From: an uncultured Actinomycetota bacterium
GTDB taxonomy: Bacteria; Actinomycetota; Actinomycetes; JAHEKZ01
Reading direction: 5' to 3'
DNA length: 64,000 nt
Assembly (NCBI GenBank): GCA_963829525.1
Contig: CAWHIJ010000003.1
Location: 1,376,001 to 1,440,000, forward strand
The translations under genes and the position numbers were made by a program. Positions 1 to 9,875 of the stretch are shown in pieces (position 1 is the stretch's first letter; every line of letters begins with the position of its first letter). The notes beneath the pieces are model-generated. The model ran no database searches. It had not been told where the DNA came from and saw nothing but the letters and a program-made list of their open reading frames with translations.

Positions 1-394
1 CCCGGAGGTCGACGCCCTCGACGCGTCCCTCGGCATGCTCGAGGTGGCTCGTAGCAAGAACGCCTATCGGGAGTTCCACCATGCGTTTCTTGGTGAGCGG
101 CTGGCGTTTGACGACGGCAAGTACGCAGCGGTCATCAGCACTGGAGTGTTCACCACGGGGCACGTTGGCGTCGAGGGGCTCTCTGAGCTGTTCCGGGTGG
201 TCCGACCCGGAGGGGTCATCGTCCTGTCGGTCAAGATGACCCTGTGGGATTCGGGGTTCGCCGATTACTTGACACGGGCCGAGGCCGACGGTGATGTTCG
301 GGCGCTGGAAGTGACGCCCAGTTATGCGTCCATGCCGGCCGGAGAGGTGACATCACCGTGCGTCGGGGTCGTACTCGGTCGCCCAAGCGTCTAG
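1..394 (+). CDS. Class I SAM-dependent methyltransferase, 5' end truncated by window edge
   Basis: Open frame reads ...DALDASLGMLEVAR... then STGVFTTGHV and ELFRVVRPGG, typical post-motif-I elements of class I methyltransferases. Confidence 0.75.
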   Translation, partial: PEVDALDASLGMLEVARSKNAYREFHHAFLGERLAFDDGKYAAVISTGVFTTGHVGVEGLSELFRVVRPGGVIVLSVKMTLWDSGFADYLTRAEADGDVRALEVTPSYASMPAGEVTSPCVGVVLGRPSV

Positions 395-399
395 CTGAC

Positions 400-855
400 T
401 CAGTAGCCGGCGACTCGGAGTGCGAGCAAGGCCCCGAGTTCTTCGCAGGACTCGATTCCCTCTTTCACGGGGGGCCCGGTAACGGACACGTCGGGGGCGA
501 CCTGCTTCCAGTCCATGCCTCCGACGATCTTGTGGATCGCGCGCAGTGCGCCTGAGGTGTCGTCGTTCCCGTGGACGTATACGCCGTAAGGAAGTCCGCG
601 GGTGACCTCCAGGCACGGGTAGTAGACCTGGTCGAGGAAGTGCTTGAGGGCACCTGACATGTACCCGATGTTTGCAGGCGTCCCGAGGATCACGCCGTCA
701 GCTGCCAAGACATCGGCCGGACCGGCCGAGAGGGCTGCCCTGACCTCAACGGTGACGCCCTGGACCTCTGGGTGCTCGGTTCCGCGCAGGACCGCCTCAA
801 GCATCTCTTGAACGGCAGGAGATGGCGTGTGCTGAACCACCAACAGGGTCGGCAT
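400..855 (-). CDS. Flavodoxin-fold / NAD(P)H-dependent FMN reductase family protein
   Basis: LLVVQHTPS, ADGVILGTPANIGYMSGALKHFLD, HGNDDT motifs; start placed at MPTLL. Confidence 0.8.
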   Translation of the reverse strand: MPTLLVVQHTPSPAVQEMLEAVLRGTEHPEVQGVTVEVRAALSAGPADVLAADGVILGTPANIGYMSGALKHFLDQVYYPCLEVTRGLPYGVYVHGNDDTSGALRAIHKIVGGMDWKQVAPDVSVTGPPVKEGIESCEELGALLALRVAGY

Positions 856-998
856 TCGCCCATGATGCCTCACTGGGCGTGGCTGGGGCGGCGCACCGAT
901 TGATGATCTCGACGCCTCCTCTCACGATGGGAAGTGCTATCGGCTAACGTCGAGGCATCCTCGGCCTCTCGGCCGGGCATCGTGTGTGAGGAGCCTCC

Positions 999-2384
999 AT
1001 GACTGTCGAGTACAAGGTCGTCAACCCTGCCACAGGAGCAATCGAAAAGAAGTTCCCGACCGCCTCTGACGCCGAGATCAGCTCGGCGATCGCGCGAGCT
1101 GACGGGATCTTCCGCACGCTGGAGCGCTACTCCGCTCGCCGAGCGTGCCGCTGCCATCCATCGAGTGGCCGACATTCATGTCGAGCGGGCCAGTGAACTG
1201 GCCGCCCTGATCACCCGGGAGATGGGCAAGACAACTGCAGAGGCGATCGACGAAGTCGAGTACTCGGCGGACATCTACCGCTACTACGCTGACCAGGCCT
1301 CCACCCTCCTCGCCGACGAGCCGCTGGAAGCGACATCGGGTGGTAACGCGTTCATTCGCAAGGCACCGATCGGCCCGCTGCTCGGGATCATGCCGTGGAA
1401 CTACCCCTACTACCAGGTGGCTCGCTTCGCCGGTCCGAACTTGCTCGTGGGCAACACCATCCTCCTCAAGCACGCACCACAGTGCCCCGAGTCCGCCCTT
1501 GCGATGGAAGCACATCTTCCACGAGGCGGGTGTTCCAGCCGACGCGTACATCAACCTCTTCGCCACCAACGAGCAGGCCGCTGACGTGATCGCCGACCCC
1601 CGGGTGCGTGGCGTGTCGGTGACCGGCAGTGAGCGCGCCGGCACGGCGGTCGCCTCGCTTGCCGGCCAACACCTCAAGAAGGTCGTCCTCGAGCTCGGCG
1701 GTTCGGACGCTTTCATCGTGCTCGACACCGACGATCTGCCCCAGGTGGCCAAGGACGCCGTCGCGGCTCGCATGGAGAACACTGGACAGGCATGCAACGC
1801 CGCCAAGCGCTTCATCGTGGCCGAGCCGCTCTACACCGAGTTCGTCGACCTCTTCGCGGCAGAGATGGCCAAGCTGACCATCGGTGATCCCGCTGACCCA
1901 ACGGTCTCCTACGGCCCGCTCTCGTCAGAGGCGGCAGCGACCGGGCTGATGGCGCAGGTGCAGGACGCCATCGACAAGGGCGCGACGGTCCACACCGGCG
2001 GAAGCCGGATCGACGGACCCGGGGCCTTCATCCAGCCAACCGTGCTGACCGACGTCACGCCGGAGATGCGTGCGTACCGCGAGGAGCTCTTCGGGCCCGT
2101 GGCCGTGATCTACAAGGTGAGCGACGCCGAGGAGGCCCTGTCGCTTGCCAATGACTCGCCGTTCGGTCTCGGTGGCGCTGTGTACCACTCCGACCCGGAC
2201 ATCGCCCTCGACATCGCCAACCGACTCGACACCGGAATGGTGTGGATCAACGAGCCCGAGGGTGGCGGACCTGAGCTGCCCATTCGGTGGCACGAAGCGG
2301 TCCGGCGTCGGTCGCGAGCTCGGCCCCTACGGCATCGACGAGTTCGTCAACCGCAAACTGATCCACATTCCTGCCGAGAAGTGA
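999..2384 (+). CDS. NAD(P)-dependent succinate-semialdehyde dehydrogenase-like aldehyde dehydrogenase (about 3 frameshifts)
   Basis: Pieces in ORFs 999-1196, 1165-1584, 1340-2404 and 2145-2384: [49 protein letters not shown]; SD GAGGAG upstream. Confidence 0.85.
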
Positions 2385-2432
2385 CCCGAGAGCCTTCATC
2401 GTGATGGCCGTCGCGCGGTAGTTTCTTGCCCC

Positions 2433-3867
2433 ATGGAAGAAGTGCGGTTGGCGCCGCGGTCACCTGAAGCACTGGCCGGAATCATCGGCCCCGAGCGCGT
2501 CGAGCGCTTGCTCGCGCGCGATGCGGCAGCCATGCGTTCAGTTCTGCGAAACCACAGCGTCATCAACATCAACTCCACGCCAGCTGGCGGGGGAGTGGCC
2601 GAGATGTTGCAGGTGTTGCTGCCGCTCACGCGTGGCGCTGACATCGACGCCCGGTGGCTGGTCATCGATGGGGACCCCGAGTTCTTCATCGATCACCAAG
2701 CGCATCCATCACCATCTGCATGGCCAGCCCGGAGACGGGCGGCCGCTGAGTGACGGCGATACCGAGCACTACCAGAACGTGATGAAGCGGAACATCGAGG
2801 AGCTCTCGGCGATCGTGGTCGAGGGTGATGTGGTGATCCTGCATGACCCGCAGACGGCCGGCATCGCCGAGTATCTCTCGACCCGAGGCATCCCCGTTGT
2901 CTGGCGGTGCCACGTGGGTGTCGACGGACGGAACGAGTGGTCCGAGGATGCGTGGGCGTTCCTCCGTCCCTACCTCGAGCCGTATGTCGACGCGTACGTG
3001 TTCACCCGCGCTGAGTACGCCCCTTCTTGGGTGCCCCAGGACCGAGTGCGTGTCATTCGACCCAGCATCGACCCACTGGCGCCGAAGAACGCCGTCATGT
3101 GTCGCGGGACGCAGACGCAGTCCATCCTCGCGCACGTTGGCATCATCGACGGACCGCGAATCGGCCCCGTGTCGTTCACGCGCTCGGACGGGACGCCTGG
3201 GCGTGTGGAGCGGTTCGCGGACATCATCAGGACAGGACCGCCACCGCCCCCTGAAGCCCCGCTGGTGGTGCAGGTGAGCCGATGGGACCCGCTCAAGGAC
3301 ATGATCGGCGTCATGCACGGCTTCGTCGAGCACGTTCTCGACGGCTCCGACGCCCACCTCGTGCTGGCCGGACCGGTGGTGACCGCCGTCGCCGACGACC
3401 CTGAAGCTGCAGTCGAGCTGAACAAGACGTGGGAGCAGTGGCGGGCGATGCACCACCACCAACGCAGCCGCGTCCAGTTGGTCTGTCTTCCGATGTCCGA
3501 CATCGAGGAGAACGCCGTCATCGTCAATGCCCTTCAACGCCACTCGTCTGTGGTGGCCCAGAAGAGCCTCGCTGAAGGGTTCGGACTCACAGTTACCGAG
3601 GCGATGTTCAAGGGGGTCCCCGTCGTGGCCTCGAACGTTGGTGGGATCCGCGATCAGATCATCGATGGTGAAAGCGGCCTGCTTGTGGAGTCGCCACACG
3701 ACCTGGCCGAGTTCGGTGCGTCACTTAATCGGGTGCTGGATGATCCGACGTTGGCAGCACGGCTCGCAGAAGGGGGACGGCGCCGGGCGATCGACTACTT
3801 CCTTCCCGATACCTCGCTCGGGCAGTGGGAGGAGCTGCTCGTCAGCGTTATGGCTCCGAGAGCCTAG
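2433..3867 (+). CDS. treT: GT4 glycosyltransferase, trehalose synthase TreT-like (frameshift near 2690)
   Basis: NINSTPAGGGVAEML, VILHDPQ, VWRCH, QVSRWDPLKD and EGFGLTVTEAM are TreT-family motifs. Confidence 0.75.
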
Positions 3868-3871
3868 GTAG

Positions 3872-5215
3872 ATGCAGATCGTCGACGCTGTAGTCGTGGG
3901 TGCCGGGTTTTCTGGGCTGGCCGCAGCTCGCGACCTGGCTACCGGGGGTGCCAGGGTCGTCGTGCTGGAGGCAGCTGATCGCGTCGGGGGACGCGTTAAC
4001 ACCTTGCGTGACGGCGACCGATGGATCGAACTGGGTGGCCAGTGGTCCGGACCGGGCCAAGACCGGTTGCTCGCGCTTGCCGCTCACTACGGAGTGGCGA
4101 CCTTCAAGACGCCGCACCACGGGATTGACCTCCATGTCAGCGATGGCCGGGTGGTCCCGGACTCTGAAGTCCCCGCCTCGGATGCGGCTCATGCTGTCGT
4201 CGAGCAGCTAGATGCCTTGGCTGCGACAGTTCCACCGACCGAGCCCTGGCGAGCATCGAAGGCGCTGCAGTGGGATTCCTTGACGTTTGCCTCGTGGCTC
4301 GACGAAGAGGTTGCTGACGCCTCTGCAAGGCTCCGCATCCGTCAGCATCTGGAAGGCCTCATGACGGTGACCGCGGACCGCATGTCGCTGCTGACTGTTC
4401 TGCACGGCGCCATGACCAGTGGAACGCTGTCGGCGGCCATGGGGATCGAGGGAGGAGCACAAGAGCTGCGCTTCGCCGGAGGGCTGCACCAGCTTGCCGA
4501 GTGCTTAGCCCTGGACCTCGGTGTGGTGGTGCGGCTGCGGCACGAGGTGACGGCCATCGATCTTCAGGGCGCGTCGGCGGTCGTACACACCACCCAAGGT
4601 GACTACCGGGCCGGACACGTCGTCGTTGCCGTCCCGCCCTCGGGCGTTGGCCCTATCGAGTTCTTGCCAGGACTTCCCTCCACTCACACCGACCTCGAGA
4701 CGATGATGCCGATGGGGTCGGTCATCAAGCTCAACGCGGTTTTTGAACGGCCGTTCTGGCGCGATGCGGGATGGTCAGGGCTCGTCACCGATGACGATGG
4801 CCCGCTCTCCTTCATGGTCGACAACAGCTCACCAGATATCGATGAAGGGGTATTGACCACCTTCCTGTCGGCAAGTCTGGCGCGTGAGTGGGGCGACGCC
4901 CGGCTTGGAGTCACGGCCTCCAGTCAGCGACGGCAGCTCATGACCGACCATGTTCGGCTCGTTTTCGGTGCCGACAGTCCCGACCCGATCGACTTTGTCG
5001 ACTGCGACTGGGTTGCCGAGCCTTGGATCGGTGGGGGCTACTCCGGGGTCATGCGACCGAAAGGCTGGCTCTCGCTGGGACCGTCACTACGCAAACCCGT
5101 CGGTCCTGTGCACTGGGCGTCGTCGGAACGCGCCACGATGTGGACCGGTTACGTCGAGGGTGCCTTGGAGTCTGGAGAACGTGCCGCACGCGAAGTGCTG
5201 GCGTCACACGACTAG
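3872..5215 (+). CDS. Flavin monoamine oxidase family protein
   Basis: VVVGAGFSGL FAD-binding motif, EAADRVGGR, ELGGQW, WASSE..W.GYVEGA. Confidence 0.9.
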   Translation: MQIVDAVVVGAGFSGLAAARDLATGGARVVVLEAADRVGGRVNTLRDGDRWIELGGQWSGPGQDRLLALAAHYGVATFKTPHHGIDLHVSDGRVVPDSEVPASDAAHAVVEQLDALAATVPPTEPWRASKALQWDSLTFASWLDEEVADASARLRIRQHLEGLMTVTADRMSLLTVLHGAMTSGTLSAAMGIEGGAQELRFAGGLHQLAECLALDLGVVVRLRHEVTAIDLQGASAVVHTTQGDYRAGHVVVAVPPSGVGPIEFLPGLPSTHTDLETMMPMGSVIKLNAVFERPFWRDAGWSGLVTDDDGPLSFMVDNSSPDIDEGVLTTFLSASLAREWGDARLGVTASSQRRQLMTDHVRLVFGADSPDPIDFVDCDWVAEPWIGGGYSGVMRPKGWLSLGPSLRKPVGPVHWASSERATMWTGYVEGALESGERAAREVLASHD

Positions 5216-5217
5216 GC

Positions 5218-5231
5218 GGGACCTTGGCCCC
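5218..5231. promoter_or_regulatory. DosR/DevR-like box upstream of the P1B ATPase
   Basis: GGGACCTTGGCCCC versus core consensus GGGAC-N4-GTCCC; -10-like TACCCT at 5254-5259. Confidence 0.55.
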
Positions 5232-5265
5232 AAAGTTCGGGGCTGTCCCGTCCTACCCTGGAGGT

Positions 5266-7575
5266 GTGAAGCGCTGGTCCGACCGCCTCGAGCAGGCCAC
5301 GTTTGCGCTATCGGCTGCCCTCCTTGCCGTCGGGGTGGTGGCATGGCTGGTCGGGGCACACTCGGCTGCTCAGGCAGTCTGGTTCGGTGCCACGGCATTT
5401 GGCCTCGCGCTGTCGACGATCTGGTTGGTGCAGGAACTTCTGGCGCGGCATCTTGGCGTTGACGTCGTCGCCTGGTTGGCGCTGCTGGGAACGCTCCTTG
5501 TCGACGAGCCCCTCGCCGGCGCCATCATCACGCTGATGCTCACGACGGGTCGGGTGCTCGAGGCCCGGGCCCAGGCCCGGGCCCAGCACGAGTTGACGCT
5601 CCTGGTCGCCCGCGCTCCCCGGACTGCGCGTCGCTTGGCCTCCGATGACATCACCGTCGTCCCCATTGACGAGGTGGTCCGTGGTGACCGGCTGCTTGTG
5701 GCGTCCGGTGAGGTTGTTCCCGTGGACGGGAGGCTGCTCACCGGTGGAACGTTCGACGAGTCGTCGTTGACCGGCGAGTCGAACCCGGTCGAACGCGAGG
5801 TCGGCGAAGAGGTTCGCTCCGGTGTCATCAACGCGGGTTCCTCAGCCGAGATGATCGCCACGACGCTCGCCGCGGAGTCGACATACAGCCAGATTGTTCG
5901 ACTGGTTGAAGAGGCCCAAGCATCATCAGCACCGTTCGTTCGAACGGCAGACCGGTTTGCCGCGATCTTCGTGCCCTTCACCTTGCTGCTGGCCGGGGTC
6001 GCCTGGTGGGTGTCGGGCGACCCGGTTCGTGCAGTTGCCGTGTTGGTCGTGGCGACTCCGTGTCCGCTTCTGCTTGCCGCCCCGATCGCGATCATGTCGG
6101 GTCTCTCCCAGGCCGCCAAGGCAGGCGCCGTGGTCAAGGGCGGTGGCGCGCTGGAGCGTCTGGCCGAAGGGCGGGTGCTGCTCTTCGACAAGACCGGCAC
6201 CTTGACGCTGGGGCATCCGGTGGTCACCACGGTGGTCACCGAAAACTCTGAGGTGCGTCGAAGCCTGCAGTTGGCTGCCAGCCTGGACCAGGTTTCGCCG
6301 CACGTCCTGGCCGGAGCCATCGTCTCGCACGCTGGCCATCTCGGGCTCGAGCTTCTTCCACCAACTGACGTGCAGGTGAGGCACGGGTACGGACTCGAAG
6401 GCACCGTTGACGGGCATGCGGTGCGAGTTGGCCGCCTCGACTGGGTCTGTCCGGATACGGTGCCCGTGTGGTTGAGGCGTGCCTCCCGGCGCGCGAGCCT
6501 CGAAGGGGCGCTCACTGTCTTCGTCGGTGTCGACGGAACCCCCAGCAGCGCCGTGCTGCTCACCGATCCGCTGCGTCCGGACGCCCACCGTATGCTGCGA
6601 GCACTGCGTGCGGCCGGGCTCGAGCGGGTTGTTCTGGTAACCGGAGACCGAGCCGATGCCGCCGAGTCGATCGGGCGATTGGTTGGGGTGGATGCGGTGC
6701 ACGCAGAAACCGATCCCGGCGAGAAGGTCGGCGTGGTGCTGGACGAGGCCCAGCGCGGGCCGACCGTCATGGTTGGAGACGGCATCAACGATGCGCCGGC
6801 TCTCGCGGCAGCTTCGGTGGGTGTTGCCATGGCTGCTCACGGAACCACGGCGTCCTCGGAGACCGCAGACGTGGTCTTGACTGTCGATCGGATCGATCGT
6901 CTCGCCGATGTCATCGCCATCGCCAGGCGATCGCGACGCATCGCCATCCAGAGTGTCGTAGTCGGGATGGGATTTTCTGGATTTCTGATGCTGGTGGCTG
7001 CCGTCGGCTATCTACCACCTGCCTGGGGAGCCTTGTCGCAGGAGCTCGTCGACGTCCTGGCGATCGCGATTGCCCTCACGGCACTGCGTCCCCCGCCTCG
7101 GGTGATCCCGCAGGTGAGCGATGCCGATGCCGAGATCGTCAGACGGCACCTGGCCGACCACCAGTTGGTCGCACAGACCGTCGAGCGGGTTGGCTCGCTT
7201 GCTGATCGCCTTGGCGGCGACTCTGGCGACGCCGCTGACATCAATACTCTGGTGGCCGAGCTCGAGAACGAGCTCGTTCCCCACGAGCTGGCGGAGGAGG
7301 ACGAGCTCTACCCCCTGATGTCGAGGGCCATGGGAGGCGACCAGCTCCTAGCCGGACTGAGCCGTACGCACTCCGAAATCGAGCACCAGGTGCGCAAGCT
7401 CAGGCACATGGCGGACGCGATCGGCCCCGGCCCTCTGGAAAGCGATGACCTGCTCGAGCTGCGCCGCATGCTGTATGGCCTCTATGGCGTGATGCGTCTG
7501 CACAACGCCCAGGAGGAAGAGGAGCTCTACAGCCTGCTCGGGACGGCCGCCCCCAGACCGCAGAAGGCCATCTGA
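5266..7575 (+). CDS. Heavy-metal P1B-5-type ATPase with C-terminal hemerythrin domain
   Basis: LTGES, ATPCPLLLAAP, DKTGT, GDGINDAP, QELVD; C-terminal H...HELAEE...H...HNAQEE hemerythrin pattern; GTG start at 5266. Confidence 0.9.
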   Translation: MKRWSDRLEQATFALSAALLAVGVVAWLVGAHSAAQAVWFGATAFGLALSTIWLVQELLARHLGVDVVAWLALLGTLLVDEPLAGAIITLMLTTGRVLEARAQARAQHELTLLVARAPRTARRLASDDITVVPIDEVVRGDRLLVASGEVVPVDGRLLTGGTFDESSLTGESNPVEREVGEEVRSGVINAGSSAEMIATTLAAESTYSQIVRLVEEAQASSAPFVRTADRFAAIFVPFTLLLAGVAWWVSGDPVRAVAVLVVATPCPLLLAAPIAIMSGLSQAAKAGAVVKGGGALERLAEGRVLLFDKTGTLTLGHPVVTTVVTENSEVRRSLQLAASLDQVSPHVLAGAIVSHAGHLGLELLPPTDVQVRHGYGLEGTVDGHAVRVGRLDWVCPDTVPVWLRRASRRASLEGALTVFVGVDGTPSSAVLLTDPLRPDAHRMLRALRAAGLERVVLVTGDRADAAESIGRLVGVDAVHAETDPGEKVGVVLDEAQRGPTVMVGDGINDAPALAAASVGVAMAAHGTTASSETADVVLTVDRIDRLADVIAIARRSRRIAIQSVVVGMGFSGFLMLVAAVGYLPPAWGALSQELVDVLAIAIALTALRPPPRVIPQVSDADAEIVRRHLADHQLVAQTVERVGSLADRLGGDSGDAADINTLVAELENELVPHELAEEDELYPLMSRAMGGDQLLAGLSRTHSEIEHQVRKLRHMADAIGPGPLESDDLLELRRMLYGLYGVMRLHNAQEEEELYSLLGTAAPRPQKAI

Positions 7576-7582
7576 TGCGCGC

Positions 7583-7596
7583 GGGCCGTTGGTCCT
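7583..7596. promoter_or_regulatory. DosR/DevR-like box upstream of the K+ channel
   Basis: GGGCCGTTGGTCCT, with a degenerate second site 21 bp downstream. Confidence 0.45.
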
Positions 7597-7627
7597 TGGG
7601 TTCGGCGCAACGGCTCGGGAGAATGCT

Positions 7628-8668
7628 GTGGTGACCCGACGAGCGAGCGTTCGGCAGTTCAACAGCCGACGCGGTGGATTCGACGTGGCGCGCCAGGTGC
7701 GATGGCTCGTGTTGGCGCTCATCTCTGTTCTGCTGATTGGGACCGGTGGATACCTGCTGCTCGGGCTGCCGCTGCTGGAGGCTGCTTACTCAACCGTTTT
7801 CGTCGTCACCACCGTTGGCTTCCGCGAGCCTTACGAACTGACCACGGCTGGAAAGATCTTCACGATGCTGCTGATGCTCGGCGGCATCGGCACCGTGCTG
7901 TACTCGCTGACCCTGCTGGTCGCGATCTTCGTCGACGGACACGTCAGCACCTTGTTGGAAGGGCGCCGCATGCAACGACACATCGATGGACTTCAACACC
8001 ATGTGATCATCTGTGGATTTGGCCGAGTGGGGCGGGCCAGCGCCCATGAGCTGAGCCGTTCCGGACGCCAGATCGTCATCGTCGAGGTGGACGAGGACCG
8101 GTTGAGCAACTGCCCGTATCCGTCCGTTGAGGGTGACAGCACCGACGACGATGTTCTGCGTCGGGCCGGAGTCGAAAGCGCCTACGCTCTGGTGGCGTCT
8201 CTGGAGAACGACGCAGACTCGCTCTTCGTCACGTTGAGTGCTCGGGCGCTCAACGAGAAACTGCTGATCATCGCGAGGGCGCGCACCGAGGAAGCTGTTC
8301 CGAAGTTCGAGCGGGCCGGTGCCGACCGAGTGGTGAATCCGCAGCGGTTGGGTGGCGATCGAATCGCTGCATTCGCTGAGCAGCCGCACGTTGTCGACTT
8401 TCTCGACGTGGCCATGCATGACGCTGACATCGAGTTCCGGCTCGAGGACTTCGAGGTGGCGAGAGGCTCAGTGCTGGCAGGTATGACGGTCCGCGACGCT
8501 CGTCAGCACGAGGGCGGCGGAGCAATGTTGCTCGCGCTGAGGGAGACAGGTGGCCAGTTCGTGACGAACCCGCCTCCGGATCGAGTGATCGGGCCGGGGG
8601 ACGCGGTCATCGCGATCGGCACCGATATCCAGCTGAAGACGCTGCGCAATGCCTCTCAGCAGAAGTAG
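7628..8668 (+). CDS. Potassium channel with RCK (TrkA-N and TrkA-C) domains
   Basis: Two TM helices around a TTVGF filter; HHVIICGFGRVG nucleotide-binding fold; C-terminal TrkA-C; start uncertain. Confidence 0.9.
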   Translation: MVTRRASVRQFNSRRGGFDVARQVRWLVLALISVLLIGTGGYLLLGLPLLEAAYSTVFVVTTVGFREPYELTTAGKIFTMLLMLGGIGTVLYSLTLLVAIFVDGHVSTLLEGRRMQRHIDGLQHHVIICGFGRVGRASAHELSRSGRQIVIVEVDEDRLSNCPYPSVEGDSTDDDVLRRAGVESAYALVASLENDADSLFVTLSARALNEKLLIIARARTEEAVPKFERAGADRVVNPQRLGGDRIAAFAEQPHVVDFLDVAMHDADIEFRLEDFEVARGSVLAGMTVRDARQHEGGGAMLLALRETGGQFVTNPPPDRVIGPGDAVIAIGTDIQLKTLRNASQQK

Positions 8669-8733
8669 CCGCAGTCGGTGCCGTTCTCGGTGTCGATGAG
8701 CCCATAGGCGGGCACTGCGACCCGGTTGTTCGT

Positions 8734-9474
8734 CTAACCCGCTAGCGTCCCGGCAAAGACCTGCCAGGCGAGGGCCGACTTGGCAACCAGGCTGAGAGTG
8801 ACGTAGGTGCGCTCGCCCACCAAGTAGTTCGACCAGCGTCCTACCTGCTTGTACTGCAGCCACTGGTTCAAGGCGAAGATGTTGAAGAAGAAGAAGAGGG
8901 ACACGAAGATGCCGTACACGAAAACCGGCGGCTCAGCTCCTGATGTCGAACCGGGAGCAATCAGGTACCAGGTGATGGCGAGCCACGGCACGGTTCCGGC
9001 GATGCATCCGAAGATGAAGGGCAGCCAACCCCCACTCCCTGGGCTTTCATATGTCTCCTGCAGCCAGCCGAACAGGATCATGGCGGCATTGGCACCGAAG
9101 ATGGCGATGATTGCCGCGATGTCGCTGATCCCGGTGAGCTGAGCGATGAGCACGATCATGATCGACGACGAGATGGCGTACTCGACCCAGCGTGCCTCGT
9201 TCCGCTGAAGTGCAAGGTTTCTTTCGTACCAGGGGTAAACCCATGGGCTGATGATGATGAGGTGCGCGACTGCCGACAGTGCCAGGAAGCCAGCTACGGC
9301 GAGGCCGACGGGGGTGTCGAAGAGGGTGACGGTGTCACTGGGAGTAGTCCCCGGCGGCCCGGCGAGGTAGGTAGCGGTGACCGGCAAGGTGAACCCGTTT
9401 GCGAGCGCCACGATCAAGGCGGCCTGCACAGCGTGGAAGAGGGCGGCGACCAGGTTGTAACGACGCAGACTCAT
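8734..9474 (-). CDS. Heliorhodopsin
   Basis: 7 TM segments; FHAVQA and SAVAHL (the two conserved His), RWVEYAISSS (counterion Glu), LSLVAKSALAWQ (retinal-binding Lys); SD AAGGAG. Confidence 0.95.
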   Translation of the reverse strand: MSLRRYNLVAALFHAVQAALIVALANGFTLPVTATYLAGPPGTTPSDTVTLFDTPVGLAVAGFLALSAVAHLIIISPWVYPWYERNLALQRNEARWVEYAISSSIMIVLIAQLTGISDIAAIIAIFGANAAMILFGWLQETYESPGSGGWLPFIFGCIAGTVPWLAITWYLIAPGSTSGAEPPVFVYGIFVSLFFFFNIFALNQWLQYKQVGRWSNYLVGERTYVTLSLVAKSALAWQVFAGTLAG

Positions 9475-9547
9475 CAGACTCCTTGGTGATGGACGAACCG
9501 TATTACTGGTGTTTCCGGTGAAATGATCACGTTAGATGCAGTGGGGC

Positions 9548-9575
9548 TCAAGCAATCCCCTCGGATGTGCCGATA
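9548..9575 (+). promoter_or_regulatory. Sigma28 (FliA/WhiG)-like promoter
   Basis: TCAAG-N16-GCCGATA just upstream of the GTG at 9584. Confidence 0.5.
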
Positions 9576-9583
9576 GAGGCGGT

Positions 9584-9808
9584 GTGACACCGAACTGCCC
9601 CGACCCGATCATCCGGGCAACACTGACCGCCGTTCACCGGCGCGACCACGCCCACGGCGCGGACCCCTGCCATCCGCACGAGGTTGAGGTCGTTCGTCTT
9701 GGCCACATGGCCATGACGGTATGCCATGACTGCAGCTATGAGTTTGGTTTCGACGACACCCACTCGTGCGAGCGGGTCGCCAGTGAGCACCGGGTGGCGA
9801 CTGCCTAG
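9584..9808 (+). CDS. Small Cys/His-rich hypothetical protein
   Basis: Fills the intergenic gap; CHPH...CHDC...C...EH pattern; GAGG upstream. Confidence 0.55.
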   Translation: MTPNCPDPIIRATLTAVHRRDHAHGADPCHPHEVEVVRLGHMAMTVCHDCSYEFGFDDTHSCERVASEHRVATA

Positions 9809-9875
9809 ATCCACCGTGCGGAACGACGGCGGGTTCTCCGCCCTGACGGCGCAACTCCAGCTCCAGAATGAAGCC

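Noticed and set aside
5370-6830. Long antisense or alternative-frame ORFs (also 14296-15597, 20755-22041, 59005-60237, 61890-62750)
   Set aside because: Shadow ORFs expected opposite real genes in high-GC DNA; composition is Ser/Arg/Pro-rich and motif-free.
9490-9520. ECF-like promoter (GGAAAC...CGTC) upstream of the heliorhodopsin
   Set aside because: The 15-nt spacer is short and the motif too brief to distinguish from chance.
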